NCBI RefSeq assembly: GCF_000829315.1
Contig: NZ_AP013028.1
Coordinates: 780,001-812,000 of the forward strand
Origin: Wolbachia endosymbiont of Cimex lectularius
Lineage (GTDB): Bacteria > Pseudomonadota > Alphaproteobacteria > Rickettsiales > Anaplasmataceae
Direction: 5' to 3'
DNA: 32,000 bases
This document shows, one piece after another, positions 1-8,789 of the stretch (position 1 is its first letter; each line of letters opens with the position of its first letter). A model generated the notes under the pieces. It was not told where the DNA came from and searched no databases. It saw only the letters and a list, made by a program, of their open reading frames with translations. Made by a program: the position numbers and the translations under genes.

Positions 1-130
1 TTAGAAGCCTTGTCAATAGCGGTACCAATGTTCTTGCTAGAATAGCTGCTAGTGATGATGATGCCTTAATAGTGCTTGCATCGGAAGAATATTACAACTT
101 TAGTCACAGCCCGGATGATTATCTTCCTCT

Positions 131-934
131 GTGTTTTGCTGTTTTACGTGTAGTTCGGAAATTGTTGAAACCTTATTAGATGCAGGTTCCCAGGTTAATT
201 TTGCGAATAAAAATAGTGATACTCCGCTACACTTAGCTGCTCTTGTTGAAAATCCAGAAATGGTGAAAATTTTGCTTAGATGGGGCGCAGATCCCAATGC
301 TATCAACATATGTTTTGAAAGACCTTTACACTTTACTGCTTTTCATATTAATGCAGATATTGTTAAAATTCTAAAAGAAGCAGGAGCAAAACTTGATAGT
401 CAAAATCAAGATGAAGAGACACCTTTACACTTAGCTATACTTCATAATAACAATAAAGTAGCTAAAACTCTAATTGAACTAGGGGCGAATGTTAATATTC
501 AAGGTCGTAGAGACGGTAATACGCCACTACATTTAGCTGTCCAGCATAGAAAAGACCCGTCTATTATTTTAGATCTAGTAACAGCAAGAGGCGCTGATGT
601 TAATATTCGGAATAGCCAAGGCAATACACCATTACACCTAATTGCTCGTCAAGCTGAATATGGAGATATCAAAAATGCTGTTAGCTTCATAAATGCAAGA
701 GAAATAGGTCAATCTTGTCGAAGGGAAAGCAGTATCATAGATATTGTCAGAATTTTGATGATAAATGGCGCTGATCCTAGTATTAAAAATAAGCGTGGAA
801 AGGTGCTGGAACACGACAGTGTAACTGAATTTCTAGAGGAAAGGTCAAGGTCAGGTTTAATACAAACACCAGGTTCTAGATTGAGTAATGTGAGTGATGA
901 ACCAATTGCAGGACCTTCCTGGCAACGAAACTAA
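131..934 (+). CDS. ankyrin-repeat protein (3' portion; upstream repeats continue in a different frame to the window edge)
   Basis: Serial ANK consensus blocks (TPLHLAALVENPEMVKILLRWGADPN, RPLHFTA, TPLHLAILHNNNKVAKTLIELGANVN, TPLHLAVQ, TPLHLIA). The ORF opens at GTG just after an in-frame TGA at 116-118. ANK-like sequence continues upstream in frame 3 (3..176). Confidence 0.8.
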   Translation: MFCCFTCSSEIVETLLDAGSQVNFANKNSDTPLHLAALVENPEMVKILLRWGADPNAINICFERPLHFTAFHINADIVKILKEAGAKLDSQNQDEETPLHLAILHNNNKVAKTLIELGANVNIQGRRDGNTPLHLAVQHRKDPSIILDLVTARGADVNIRNSQGNTPLHLIARQAEYGDIKNAVSFINAREIGQSCRRESSIIDIVRILMINGADPSIKNKRGKVLEHDSVTEFLEERSRSGLIQTPGSRLSNVSDEPIAGPSWQRN

Positions 935-1531
935 CTAAGCTTCACCTCCCACTAGTGGAATGTTGCTCCAACTGCTGCTACCGTAGTTATCAATAGAAGC
1001 GCTCAGGTAATCTGTATCAAAGCGAACGGGCACATCAAATTCAAAACTTGCAGTGATTATTGCATCCTTCATTGGTGGTTTGGTAAACATAATTTCTCCA
1101 GTTGAATAATTCACTGAATATCTTCCTGTCTCTATACCATCTAGGTAAATTTTTATTGTATCATGTACTGGCTTTTTAATCGTTCGTATATGCTTGTCTT
1201 TTCCGCTAACATAGGTTTTGATCAGTTGAAAAGTCGTTTTTTTGTTGTCTCCTATTCCAATTTCTTGGTTGGTGGCTGTGAAATCTGACCAATCCTTAAA
1301 ACGAAACCCTATTGCTCTACCTTTTCGTGCGTTAAAAAATGTTATGAGTTCTGTTAGCTGCTCATTTGATCTGACTCCATAAGCTATGTTGTACCTAGCA
1401 CGCGCATGAGACCAGTTGATATTGCGCTGTTCACAACCATTGTGGGTTGTTACGACATCAGTGGAAAATTCCGGTCCTCCAGTTGAACCGTAAGATATAT
1501 TTTCTGGAAATCTCATTTCTGTAAATGACAT
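935..1531 (-). CDS. DUF2460/TIGR02217-type phage protein (gene-transfer-agent g12-like)
   Basis: MSFTEMRFPENISYGSTGGPEFSTDVV..EQRNINWSHARARYNIAYGVRS..FFNARKGRAIGFRFKDWSD matches the conserved N-terminus of this family as I recall it. ATG 1531 is preceded by AGGAGGA. The track start at 1600 is a TTG with no RBS. Confidence 0.8.
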   Translation of the reverse strand: MSFTEMRFPENISYGSTGGPEFSTDVVTTHNGCEQRNINWSHARARYNIAYGVRSNEQLTELITFFNARKGRAIGFRFKDWSDFTATNQEIGIGDNKKTTFQLIKTYVSGKDKHIRTIKKPVHDTIKIYLDGIETGRYSVNYSTGEIMFTKPPMKDAIITASFEFDVPVRFDTDYLSASIDNYGSSSWSNIPLVGGEA

Positions 1532-1742
1532 ATGTCCTCCTGAAAAATAAAGTTGAAATAATGTGGCTGAAGAAGGTTTTGGAGGCGTTTCACACAGCAA
1601 ACGATATCATGAAAGTGGCTGAAACTTTATACCACTAAGATAACGTTTTAAACTGCTGCTATATTTATCACACCTACAGTTACTATACTTAAGTTTACTT
1701 GTACTGTCAAGCAAAAAAATAAAATTTTATAGCAAACTGAAA

Positions 1743-2501
1743 CTAGCCTTGTTTATGGCTTAATTCATCTACTTTTTCGCGTAACACATCCAAATCAGTT
1801 GCTCCTACAAACAGACTATCCCCAATTATTAAAAAAGGTGTACCGCCTACTCCTAGGTTCCTTACTAAAAGTCTGCTGTTGTTTATCATCTGTTCAATTT
1901 TGTCCGCATTGTTTTTCATAGAGTCATTGAAGTCGTTTTCATTGATTCCTATGCTTTTCACTATACCCAATATATTTTCGTCTGAACATTCTCCTTTGTG
2001 ATCTAAAGCAGCATAGTGAAAATCAAAATATTTTCCTTTATCAATAAAATAGACAGCTAAAGCACTTTTTGCCGCCTTTAAAGAATCGTTACCAAGTATT
2101 GGAGTGTCCCTAAAAATGTACTTAACTTTGCCGTCATTGATTAACTGTTTTACATCGTCCTTTATGGCTTTGCAATAGCCACAAGAATAGTCAAAAAACC
2201 CTACAGCTATAACATTGCTATTTTCATTTCCTAAGTAAGGATAAATGGAGTCAAATATTTCATTTTTATGCTGTAAGATTTTACCTTTAGCCGCGTTATC
2301 CCGAGCAGCATAACTACTTTTAATTGATTCTTCCCGGAGCGTTTTTATAATCTTATCGAAATTTCTACTTATATAGTTATCTAATCTCTCACCTATATAC
2401 TCATCGTTTAGCACTTGGCTGCGATTTGAGAGCCAATTATTTATTACTGGCAAACTTGCTATTACTATTATTAAAATCAATAGAAACGATATTCTAGACA
2501 T
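1743..2501 (-). CDS. DsbA-family thiol:disulfide oxidoreductase
   Basis: CxxC active-site motif in FFDYSCGYCK, hydrophobic N-terminal anchor MSRISFLLILIIVIASLPV, and GTPFLIIG near the C-terminus. Confidence 0.85.
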   Translation of the reverse strand: MSRISFLLILIIVIASLPVINNWLSNRSQVLNDEYIGERLDNYISRNFDKIIKTLREESIKSSYAARDNAAKGKILQHKNEIFDSIYPYLGNENSNVIAVGFFDYSCGYCKAIKDDVKQLINDGKVKYIFRDTPILGNDSLKAAKSALAVYFIDKGKYFDFHYAALDHKGECSDENILGIVKSIGINENDFNDSMKNNADKIEQMINNSRLLVRNLGVGGTPFLIIGDSLFVGATDLDVLREKVDELSHKQG

Positions 2502-2777
2502 ACATTTGTTAAAGGACCTGCAGTATAAAATTTTTAGTACCTGTATATTGAAAAAAGCATCTAATATTAATATATAAAAACATTTATATCAAGTGTATTT
2601 TATAACCAGTTTTGCCGCAAGTGCAAACTTTACGCACAATGAAAACTAAGCACGTTGCCACAAAACTCATCAGAAGATTTGATAATGCAAGTGGCCAAAG
2701 CACGCCAGGATAGCCAACTATAAAATACCCTATCCTTTACGCCACGTATAGCAACCGTAAACGCGGCGGTAAAAAAG

Positions 2778-2806
2778 TTGACTATTTTATAACCGCGGCA
2801 TATAAT
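2778..2806 (+). promoter_or_regulatory. sigma70-type promoter TTGACT-N17-TATAAT upstream of the ATPase gene
   Basis: TTGACT at 2778-2783, a 17-nt spacer, TATAAT at 2801-2806. The -10 box overlaps the track start ATG at 2805, which favours ATG 2832 as the real start. Confidence 0.5.
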
Positions 2807-2831
2807 GCTAGCAAACGCCGCGGTAAATTAT

Positions 2832-4301
2832 ATGAATGAACCAATAATTGGTAGGGAAAAAGAAGCAGCCATTCTAGAAAATAAGCTTCATTCCCAATCA
2901 GCTGAATTTATTGCTGTTTATGGTCGGCGTTGTGTGGGTAAAACATACCTAATAAAACAATTTTTCAGTAAACATGCCGATATTTTATTTGAACAGACTG
3001 GTCTTAACAATGGTACTTTGCAGGAGCAGCTTGCAATTTTTACACAGGCGTTATCGAATACTTTTTACAAAGGTGCAAGAATGGCTTTGCCTAAAAATTG
3101 GATGGATGCTTTGCAACAACTCGCACTTGCTATTGATAATAACACACATGAGAATGAACAAGTTGTTTTATGTTTTGATGAATTGCCGTGGCTAGCTACA
3201 AAAAAATCTGGGTTTCTAAAAGCATTAGAATATTTTTGGAACACACGTTGGACATACCGAAAGGGACTTATCTTGGTTGTGTGTGGCTCAGCGGCTTCTT
3301 GGATGTTGGAAAATATAATTTATACCAAAGGGGGATTACATAATCGTATTACTGCAAGAATACCTTTGCAGCCTTTTAACTTACGTGAAACTAAAGAATA
3401 TCTAAGATATTTAGGAGTCAACCTTAATCACCAGCAAATATTGCAGCTCTATATGGCCATGGGAGGAATACCGCATTATCTTAAGGAAGTAAGTAAAGGA
3501 TTATCGGCAGCGCAGAATATTAATGTGATCTGCTTCCAGGAGAATGGTTTATTATTTGATGAATTTGATATGCTGTTCCACTCCTTATATGAAGAGCCAG
3601 AAACATATCTAAGTATTATTCGCGCAATTGCAAAAAAAACAAAAGGAATCAGCAGAAAAGAACTTATAGAAGTAACTAAAATCACTGAGGGTGGTTACTT
3701 AACTACTAGATTAAGGAGCTTAGAAGAAGCTGGGTTTATTGGTGGTTTTTTACCACTGAATAAGGCAAAGAGAGGAGTATATTACAGAATAATTGACGAA
3801 TATATATTATTCTATCTAACATGGATTGAACCGTTTAGGGGAGTAACAAAAAGGGCAATAATAAGTGATGCCCACTATTGGGAGTTAGCAATAAAGAAAC
3901 CAGCTTGGCAAATATGGACAGGACAAACATTTGAAGCAGTGTGTTTTAAACATGCCAATAAAATTAGAAGAAAATTAAATATAGAGCATATAGCAGTCAT
4001 ATGTAGAGATTGGCAATATCACCCAGAGAAGAACAGTAAAGAATCTGGTGCTCAGATTGACTTAGTTTTTGATCAAGAAGATGGGTGTGCAATGCTTTGT
4101 GAAATAAAGTATAGTGATAAACCTTACACAGTAACGAAGGAATTTGTTGAACAATTAAAGAGAAAAGAAGCAGTTTATAGAGAAAGAACAAGGTCGAAAA
4201 AACAGATATTCTGGGTATTGGTTGCTGCAAATGGAGCTTCTGAGAATCAATATCTAAAAGATACGATACATCATGTGATTACACTAGAAGACTTGTTTTG
4301 A
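2832..4301 (+). CDS. AAA-type ATP-binding protein (ATPase_2/DUF234-like)
   Basis: Walker A in VYGRRCVGKTYL, Walker B in VVLCFDELPW. Overall layout resembles the archaeal-type ATPase plus DUF234 family. Start moved from 2805 to 2832 because of the promoter position. Confidence 0.8.
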   Translation: MNEPIIGREKEAAILENKLHSQSAEFIAVYGRRCVGKTYLIKQFFSKHADILFEQTGLNNGTLQEQLAIFTQALSNTFYKGARMALPKNWMDALQQLALAIDNNTHENEQVVLCFDELPWLATKKSGFLKALEYFWNTRWTYRKGLILVVCGSAASWMLENIIYTKGGLHNRITARIPLQPFNLRETKEYLRYLGVNLNHQQILQLYMAMGGIPHYLKEVSKGLSAAQNINVICFQENGLLFDEFDMLFHSLYEEPETYLSIIRAIAKKTKGISRKELIEVTKITEGGYLTTRLRSLEEAGFIGGFLPLNKAKRGVYYRIIDEYILFYLTWIEPFRGVTKRAIISDAHYWELAIKKPAWQIWTGQTFEAVCFKHANKIRRKLNIEHIAVICRDWQYHPEKNSKESGAQIDLVFDQEDGCAMLCEIKYSDKPYTVTKEFVEQLKRKEAVYRERTRSKKQIFWVLVAANGASENQYLKDTIHHVITLEDLF

Positions 4302-4304
4302 GTT

Positions 4305-5780
4305 ATGTACAACAACTTACGCGACTTCATCTCTGCTTTGGAAGAAAAAAAGGATCTAATTAGGGTTAAAAAGGAAGTTTCAACGATCCTTGAAATGACG
4401 GAAATTCACCGTAGAGTTCTGTCAAACAAAGGACCAGCAATCATTTTTGAAAATGTTGTCACAGAAAACGGCAAAAATTCGATTCCAGTTTTGGTGAATT
4501 TATTTGGCACTATTGAGAGAATTGCATTGGGACTGGGTATAAATCCTGGTGAACTGAGGGATCTGGGTAAACTTCTGGCGTTTTTGCAATCTCCTGAACC
4601 ACCAAAAAACCTCAAGGATGCTATGAAGATGTTTCCTCTGCTAAAAGTTGTGTTGTCGATGCGCAGTAAAGTCGTGAGCAAAGCCCCATGTCAAGAAGTG
4701 GTGCTAACTGGGGATGAAGTAGACCTCAGTTTACTACCTATTCAAACGTGTTGGCCAAATGAACCTGCACCGCTTATCACCTGGCCGATTGTGGTAACAA
4801 AAGGGCCAACAGAAAATAAACAAGATAATTTCAATCTTGGAATATATCGTATGCAAGTCGTGGATAAAAAAACGACTCTGATGCGCTGGCTTGCACATCG
4901 TGGGGGAGCGGGTCACTATAAACGGTGGAAGGAGAAGGGGCAAAGCATGAAGTTTCCTGCTGCTGCTGTGATCGGTAGCGATCCCGCAACGCTTATCGCT
5001 GCAGTAACTCCAGTGCCAGAAACATTGTCAGAATACCAATTTGCTGGACTGCTGCGCAAAAAACCTCTCGAACTTGTAAATTGTAAAACTATACCACTTC
5101 AAGTGCCAGCTCATGCGGAGATTGTTCTGGAGGGCTATGTAAGTTTGGATAGATATCAAGATGAAGGGCCATACGGAGACCACACTGGTTACTATAATTC
5201 TGTTGAGCAATTCCCGGAATTCAACATTACTGCAGTCACAATGCGCAAAAATCCAATTTATCTCAGCACTTTTACTGGCAAGCCACCAGATGAACCATCG
5301 ATTCTTGGTGAAGCACTCAATGAAATCTTTGTGCCGATTCTTATCAACCAATTTCCAGAGATAGTGGACTTTTATCTGCCACTAGAGGGTTGTTCCTATA
5401 GAATAGCAGTAGTGTCGATCAAGAAATCTTATCCCGGGCATGCGAAAAGAATTGTTATGGGCATACTTTCTTTCCTCAAGCAGTTTTTATACACCAAGTT
5501 CATGATAGTTGTTGATGATGATATAAATATACGTGATTGGAAAGAGATAATGTGGGCAATATCAACGAGAATGGACCCTGTGCGTGATACAATCATGATA
5601 GAGAATGCACCAATTGATTATTTAGATTTTGCCTCTCCTGAAAGTGGACTTGGAGGTAAAATGGGATTTGATGCGACAAATAAAATTCCGCCTGAAACCA
5701 AACGAGAGTGGAGAAGAAAAATTGAAATGAGCGAAGAAATAGTAAAAAAAGTTACGGAGGAGTGGGAGGAGTATGTCTAA
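4305..5780 (+). CDS. ubiD: UbiD-family decarboxylase (4-hydroxy-3-polyprenylbenzoate decarboxylase)
   Basis: 491 aa, N-terminus [26 protein letters not shown], with internal [18 protein letters not shown] and [10 protein letters not shown] blocks typical of UbiD. Confidence 0.9.
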   Translation: MYNNLRDFISALEEKKDLIRVKKEVSTILEMTEIHRRVLSNKGPAIIFENVVTENGKNSIPVLVNLFGTIERIALGLGINPGELRDLGKLLAFLQSPEPPKNLKDAMKMFPLLKVVLSMRSKVVSKAPCQEVVLTGDEVDLSLLPIQTCWPNEPAPLITWPIVVTKGPTENKQDNFNLGIYRMQVVDKKTTLMRWLAHRGGAGHYKRWKEKGQSMKFPAAAVIGSDPATLIAAVTPVPETLSEYQFAGLLRKKPLELVNCKTIPLQVPAHAEIVLEGYVSLDRYQDEGPYGDHTGYYNSVEQFPEFNITAVTMRKNPIYLSTFTGKPPDEPSILGEALNEIFVPILINQFPEIVDFYLPLEGCSYRIAVVSIKKSYPGHAKRIVMGILSFLKQFLYTKFMIVVDDDINIRDWKEIMWAISTRMDPVRDTIMIENAPIDYLDFASPESGLGGKMGFDATNKIPPETKREWRRKIEMSEEIVKKVTEEWEEYV

Positions 5781-5972
5781 TGAGAGGTTCGATTCAATGC
5801 TATAATCTTTTTTGAAGTATAGAAACTCGTTATGGTGAAATACATAATTCAACAATTTCGCAAGAGAGTAGTTGGGTTGCGATAAAGGAGATTTTAAGCT
5901 CATGTCATTATACTGTACAATTAAAATAGAAAAGCGTATAAATAAAGCAATTGGAAGTGTAAAGAGAATAAA

Positions 5973-6824
5973 ATGACAAAATACGTCTTGTCCATTGATG
6001 GAGGCGGCATTAGAGGGATCATTCCAGCAATTATTCTGGCAGAAATAGAAAGCAAAACAAAAAAGCCTATTTCTCAAATATTTGATCTCATTGCAGGAAC
6101 TTCAACAGGTGGAATTATTGCAGCTGGGTTATGTAAGGAAGATAATCTGGGAAATCCTCAATACTCAGCTAATGATTTCGTTAAACTTTACGAAGAGTAT
6201 GGACCATATATTTTTAAATCTTCATTCTTTAGACGATCAATACTATCTTGGTTTAATTGTACAAAATACCCACGAAAAAACATTGAATTTGTACTGGATA
6301 AGTATTTTGGTAATGACACCTTAAAAAACACTTTGAGTAAACTATTAATTACAAGCTACGATATTTACAATCATTGTCCATTTTTCTTTAAAAATTGGAA
6401 AGAGAATAAAAAGTTTATCAAGCTAAAAGACGCGTTGAGAGCAACAACTGCTGCACCAACTTATTTTATTCCAAAAAAATTGGAGATTAAACAGATGGAA
6501 AAGGTACTAATAGACGGCGGAGTTTTTGCTAAAAATCCAGCTGCTTGTGCATATGCAAGTGGTAAAGTACTTTTTCCTAATGATGACATAATTCTTTTAT
6601 CTATTGGTACCGGTAGGCTATATCGCCCTATTGAGTACATAAACTCAAAAAGATTGGGAATGATAAGTTGGATCAAACCACTAATAGACATACTATTTAC
6701 TTCAGGTCTTGATGAAGTAAATTATCAATTAAACAAGATTATGGGTAATAGATATATACGAATACAATCGAAACTAAAAGTAGCATCAATTGAGATGGAT
6801 AACACTACACCCGAGAACATGTAG
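5973..6824 (+). CDS. patatin-like phospholipase (ends at a premature TAG; homology continues to 6902)
   Basis: Oxyanion motif DGGGIRG, nucleophile elbow GTSTGG, catalytic Asp in IDGGVFAKNP. After TAG 6822-6824 the same frame reads HLKQEAQAMIKHNREAIDKFCDGFC. Confidence 0.85.
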   Translation: MTKYVLSIDGGGIRGIIPAIILAEIESKTKKPISQIFDLIAGTSTGGIIAAGLCKEDNLGNPQYSANDFVKLYEEYGPYIFKSSFFRRSILSWFNCTKYPRKNIEFVLDKYFGNDTLKNTLSKLLITSYDIYNHCPFFFKNWKENKKFIKLKDALRATTAAPTYFIPKKLEIKQMEKVLIDGGVFAKNPAACAYASGKVLFPNDDIILLSIGTGRLYRPIEYINSKRLGMISWIKPLIDILFTSGLDEVNYQLNKIMGNRYIRIQSKLKVASIEMDNTTPENM

Positions 6825-7112
6825 CATCTAAAGCAAGAAGCTCAAGCCATGATTAAACATAATAGAGAAGCAATAGATAAGTTTTGTGATGGCTTTTGCT
6901 AGCAAGTAGGAAGCAAAGAAAGAAAAGCTAAAGGAAAGTGACTGTAAAATGAAGACTTTTAACAGCTTATGTCACAAAAGATGGTAGTGGTAGCAAATTT
7001 CAGAGATAATGGAATAAAGAGAGCCTTTTGCATACAGTTGGCAGGTTTAAGGAAATTTGTAATGTTTGCCTTCCCAATAACAAAAGTTAGTATAACACGT
7101 AGCGGAACGACG

Positions 7113-7589
7113 GTAGCTATAAGCATTAAGAAATTTACTAAGTAGAAAAAAAAGCAAAAGAAGCCCCGTGGTGGCTATTTATTTACTTTTGTGTCGAAAT
7201 GTTGGCGTTTTTTTATCCTAAGCGCTTAATAAGTGCGACTTAGCTGCTTTTTAATGCAACTAACCTTAGCCATAAACATTTAAGAAATTTACTAAGCAGA
7301 AAAACAGGCAAAGAAACCCCGAGTAGCTAGTTATTCACTATCTATCTTATAACATTGGCGTTTTTGATGTCTTAAACGACTTATAAGCACGTTTCAGCTT
7401 GTATAGGTAAAAAAGCAAAAGTTTTAAAAAGACATACAGTGCACATAGTGCGAAAAATTAAACATGAGACGCCAAATGTACTAAGTTTTTTTGTCGTTTA
7501 ATCTGCACAGACTGAAGATAAATAATAGCTTCAGTCTCATTATAAGAGTAACAGCGAAAGTTGTCAAGTAGTTTTTTTGTTTCTATTGG
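7113..7589 (-). repeat. ~470-bp intergenic repeat family, copy A (orientation defined by its internal promoter)
   Basis: Aligns by eye along its length with 18136..18655 (same orientation) and 23924..24382 (inverted). Contains two degenerate ~153-bp tandem units starting at about 7124 and 7277. Confidence 0.85.
7539..7567 (-). promoter_or_regulatory. consensus promoter TTGACA-N17-TATAAT inside repeat copy A
   Basis: On the minus strand, TTGACA is the reverse complement of 7562-7567 and TATAAT of 7539-7544, with a 17-nt spacer and an upstream A-tract (aaaaaaactac). Confidence 0.6.
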
Positions 7590-7732
7590 GTAACGGCTGG
7601 ATCAAATTGCAATGTTCATGCAGTTGTGACTGAAATTGCGCTAGCTTGCTGATCTATGTAAACATAGGCACTATCCTGTTGATAAAGCTCAAACTAACTG
7701 ATAAATTCTTAACACAGTTATTGTTGAAACAA

Positions 7733-8443
7733 ATGTTTTTACTAAAACCTACACATCTCTCTTATTTTTCCAAAAAAGCCCTACCTTGGCTTGGGGTTGC
7801 GTGTTTTGCATGTTTTTTAGTTGGAGTATTTCTAGCTTTATTCTTCTCTCCAGAAGATTATAAACAAGGAGAAATTGTACGAATTATGTATCTTCACGTG
7901 CCTTCTGCATGGCTTTCTCTCGGAATATATGGGTTAATTGCAGCGCTCAGTTTCATCTCCTTAGTGTGGAATAACAGCATTGCTAGCGTTTTGGCCCATG
8001 CAGCCGCTCCTGCAGGAACAGTCTTTTCTGCAATATGCTTAATCACAGGTAGCATTTGGGGGAAAGGAACCTGGGGCACTTGGTGGGTATGGGATGCAAG
8101 ACTCACTTCAATGTTGATCTTATTTTTCCTATACGTTGGATACCTCTCGCTGTGGGGCGCTTTTGATAATGAAGAAAGAGCTAAAAAATCAGCAGCAGTA
8201 TTTGCCATCTTTAGTGCCGTAAATATCCCCATAGTAAAATTTTCCGTGAACTTGTGGGCTACTCTCCACCAGCCAGCAAGTATTCTCAGAAAAGGTGGAA
8301 TAGCGATAGAAAGTTCTCTACTGCTGCCATTAATTGCAATGTTTATATTTTGTGCCACATTTTTTTTAGTAGTATGGATACTCTGTTCACTTCACCTGAT
8401 TAATTTGCATAAGGTAAAGAGAGAAATTAGTGCGCGGTATTAG
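7733..8443 (+). CDS. ccmC: heme exporter protein CcmC (cytochrome c maturation)
   Basis: Polytopic membrane protein with a Trp-rich motif (WGKGTWGTWWVWDARLTS) and conserved His residues. ATG 7733 gives a typical length of about 236 aa. The track start at 7646 adds an implausible leader. Confidence 0.9.
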   Translation: MFLLKPTHLSYFSKKALPWLGVACFACFLVGVFLALFFSPEDYKQGEIVRIMYLHVPSAWLSLGIYGLIAALSFISLVWNNSIASVLAHAAAPAGTVFSAICLITGSIWGKGTWGTWWVWDARLTSMLILFFLYVGYLSLWGAFDNEERAKKSAAVFAIFSAVNIPIVKFSVNLWATLHQPASILRKGGIAIESSLLLPLIAMFIFCATFFLVVWILCSLHLINLHKVKREISARY

Positions 8444-8511
8444 ACCTATTACAACTACTTTTCCTGTGTCATCATCTAACTTAGACGGTTTTATGTAAAT
8501 CACTTTCTTTA

Positions 8512-8540
8512 TTGAAAAATTCAGAAAAATGTTGTATAAT
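8512..8540 (+). promoter_or_regulatory. promoter TTGAAA-N17-TATAAT of the toxin-antitoxin operon
   Basis: TTGAAA at 8512-8517, a 17-nt spacer, TATAAT at 8535-8540, about 30 nt upstream of ATG 8570. Confidence 0.55.
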
Positions 8541-8569
8541 TGTTACGATAGTAGACTTTGGTAAAATAT

Positions 8570-8788
8570 ATGGCAGATTCAAAAGTTAGTATAACTTTCG
8601 ATCCAGAAACTTCGCAGCATCTTACTGAATTAGCTGAAATTACTAAGGAATCCGTTCAGGAGCTGGCAAAAAGGTTAGTCGTAGAGGGAATTGAGTGTGA
8701 AGTGGAAGACATTGCATTGTACAAAACTATTAAGGAATGTGAGGATGTAGACTGGAGCACAGTGCTATCTGAAAGAGCGAGGACATAA
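8570..8788 (+). CDS. ribbon-helix-helix antitoxin (RelB/ParD-like)
   Basis: The N-terminal strand-helix-helix pattern KVSITFDPETSQHLTELAEITKESVQELAKRLVVEGI lies directly upstream of a RelE-type toxin frame. ATG 8570 is preferred over TTG 8558. Confidence 0.7.
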   Translation: MADSKVSITFDPETSQHLTELAEITKESVQELAKRLVVEGIECEVEDIALYKTIKECEDVDWSTVLSERART

Positions 8789-8789
8789 A

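Noticed and set aside
5781-5800. A T-loop-like GGTTCGATTC that might suggest a tRNA
   Set aside because: The flanking bases do not form a T-stem, and no acceptor or anticodon arms can be drawn. It sits at the ubiD stop.
5622-6077. A 151-aa minus-strand ORF bridging the ubiD end and the patatin start
   Set aside because: It overlaps two confident plus-strand genes and the intergenic region between them, and it has no motif or RBS.
7381-7446. A 21-codon ORF (MCTVCLFKTFAFLPIQAETCL) downstream of the conserved promoter in repeat copy A
   Set aside because: Copy B keeps the length but carries four non-synonymous changes. Copy C loses the frame through a 1-nt difference in a T-run, so the ORF is not conserved as coding.
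7113-7589. Whether the repeated intergenic units could be a CRISPR array
   Set aside because: The units are about 153 bp, degenerate and contiguous, with no short direct repeats separated by unique spacers. No cas genes are present.
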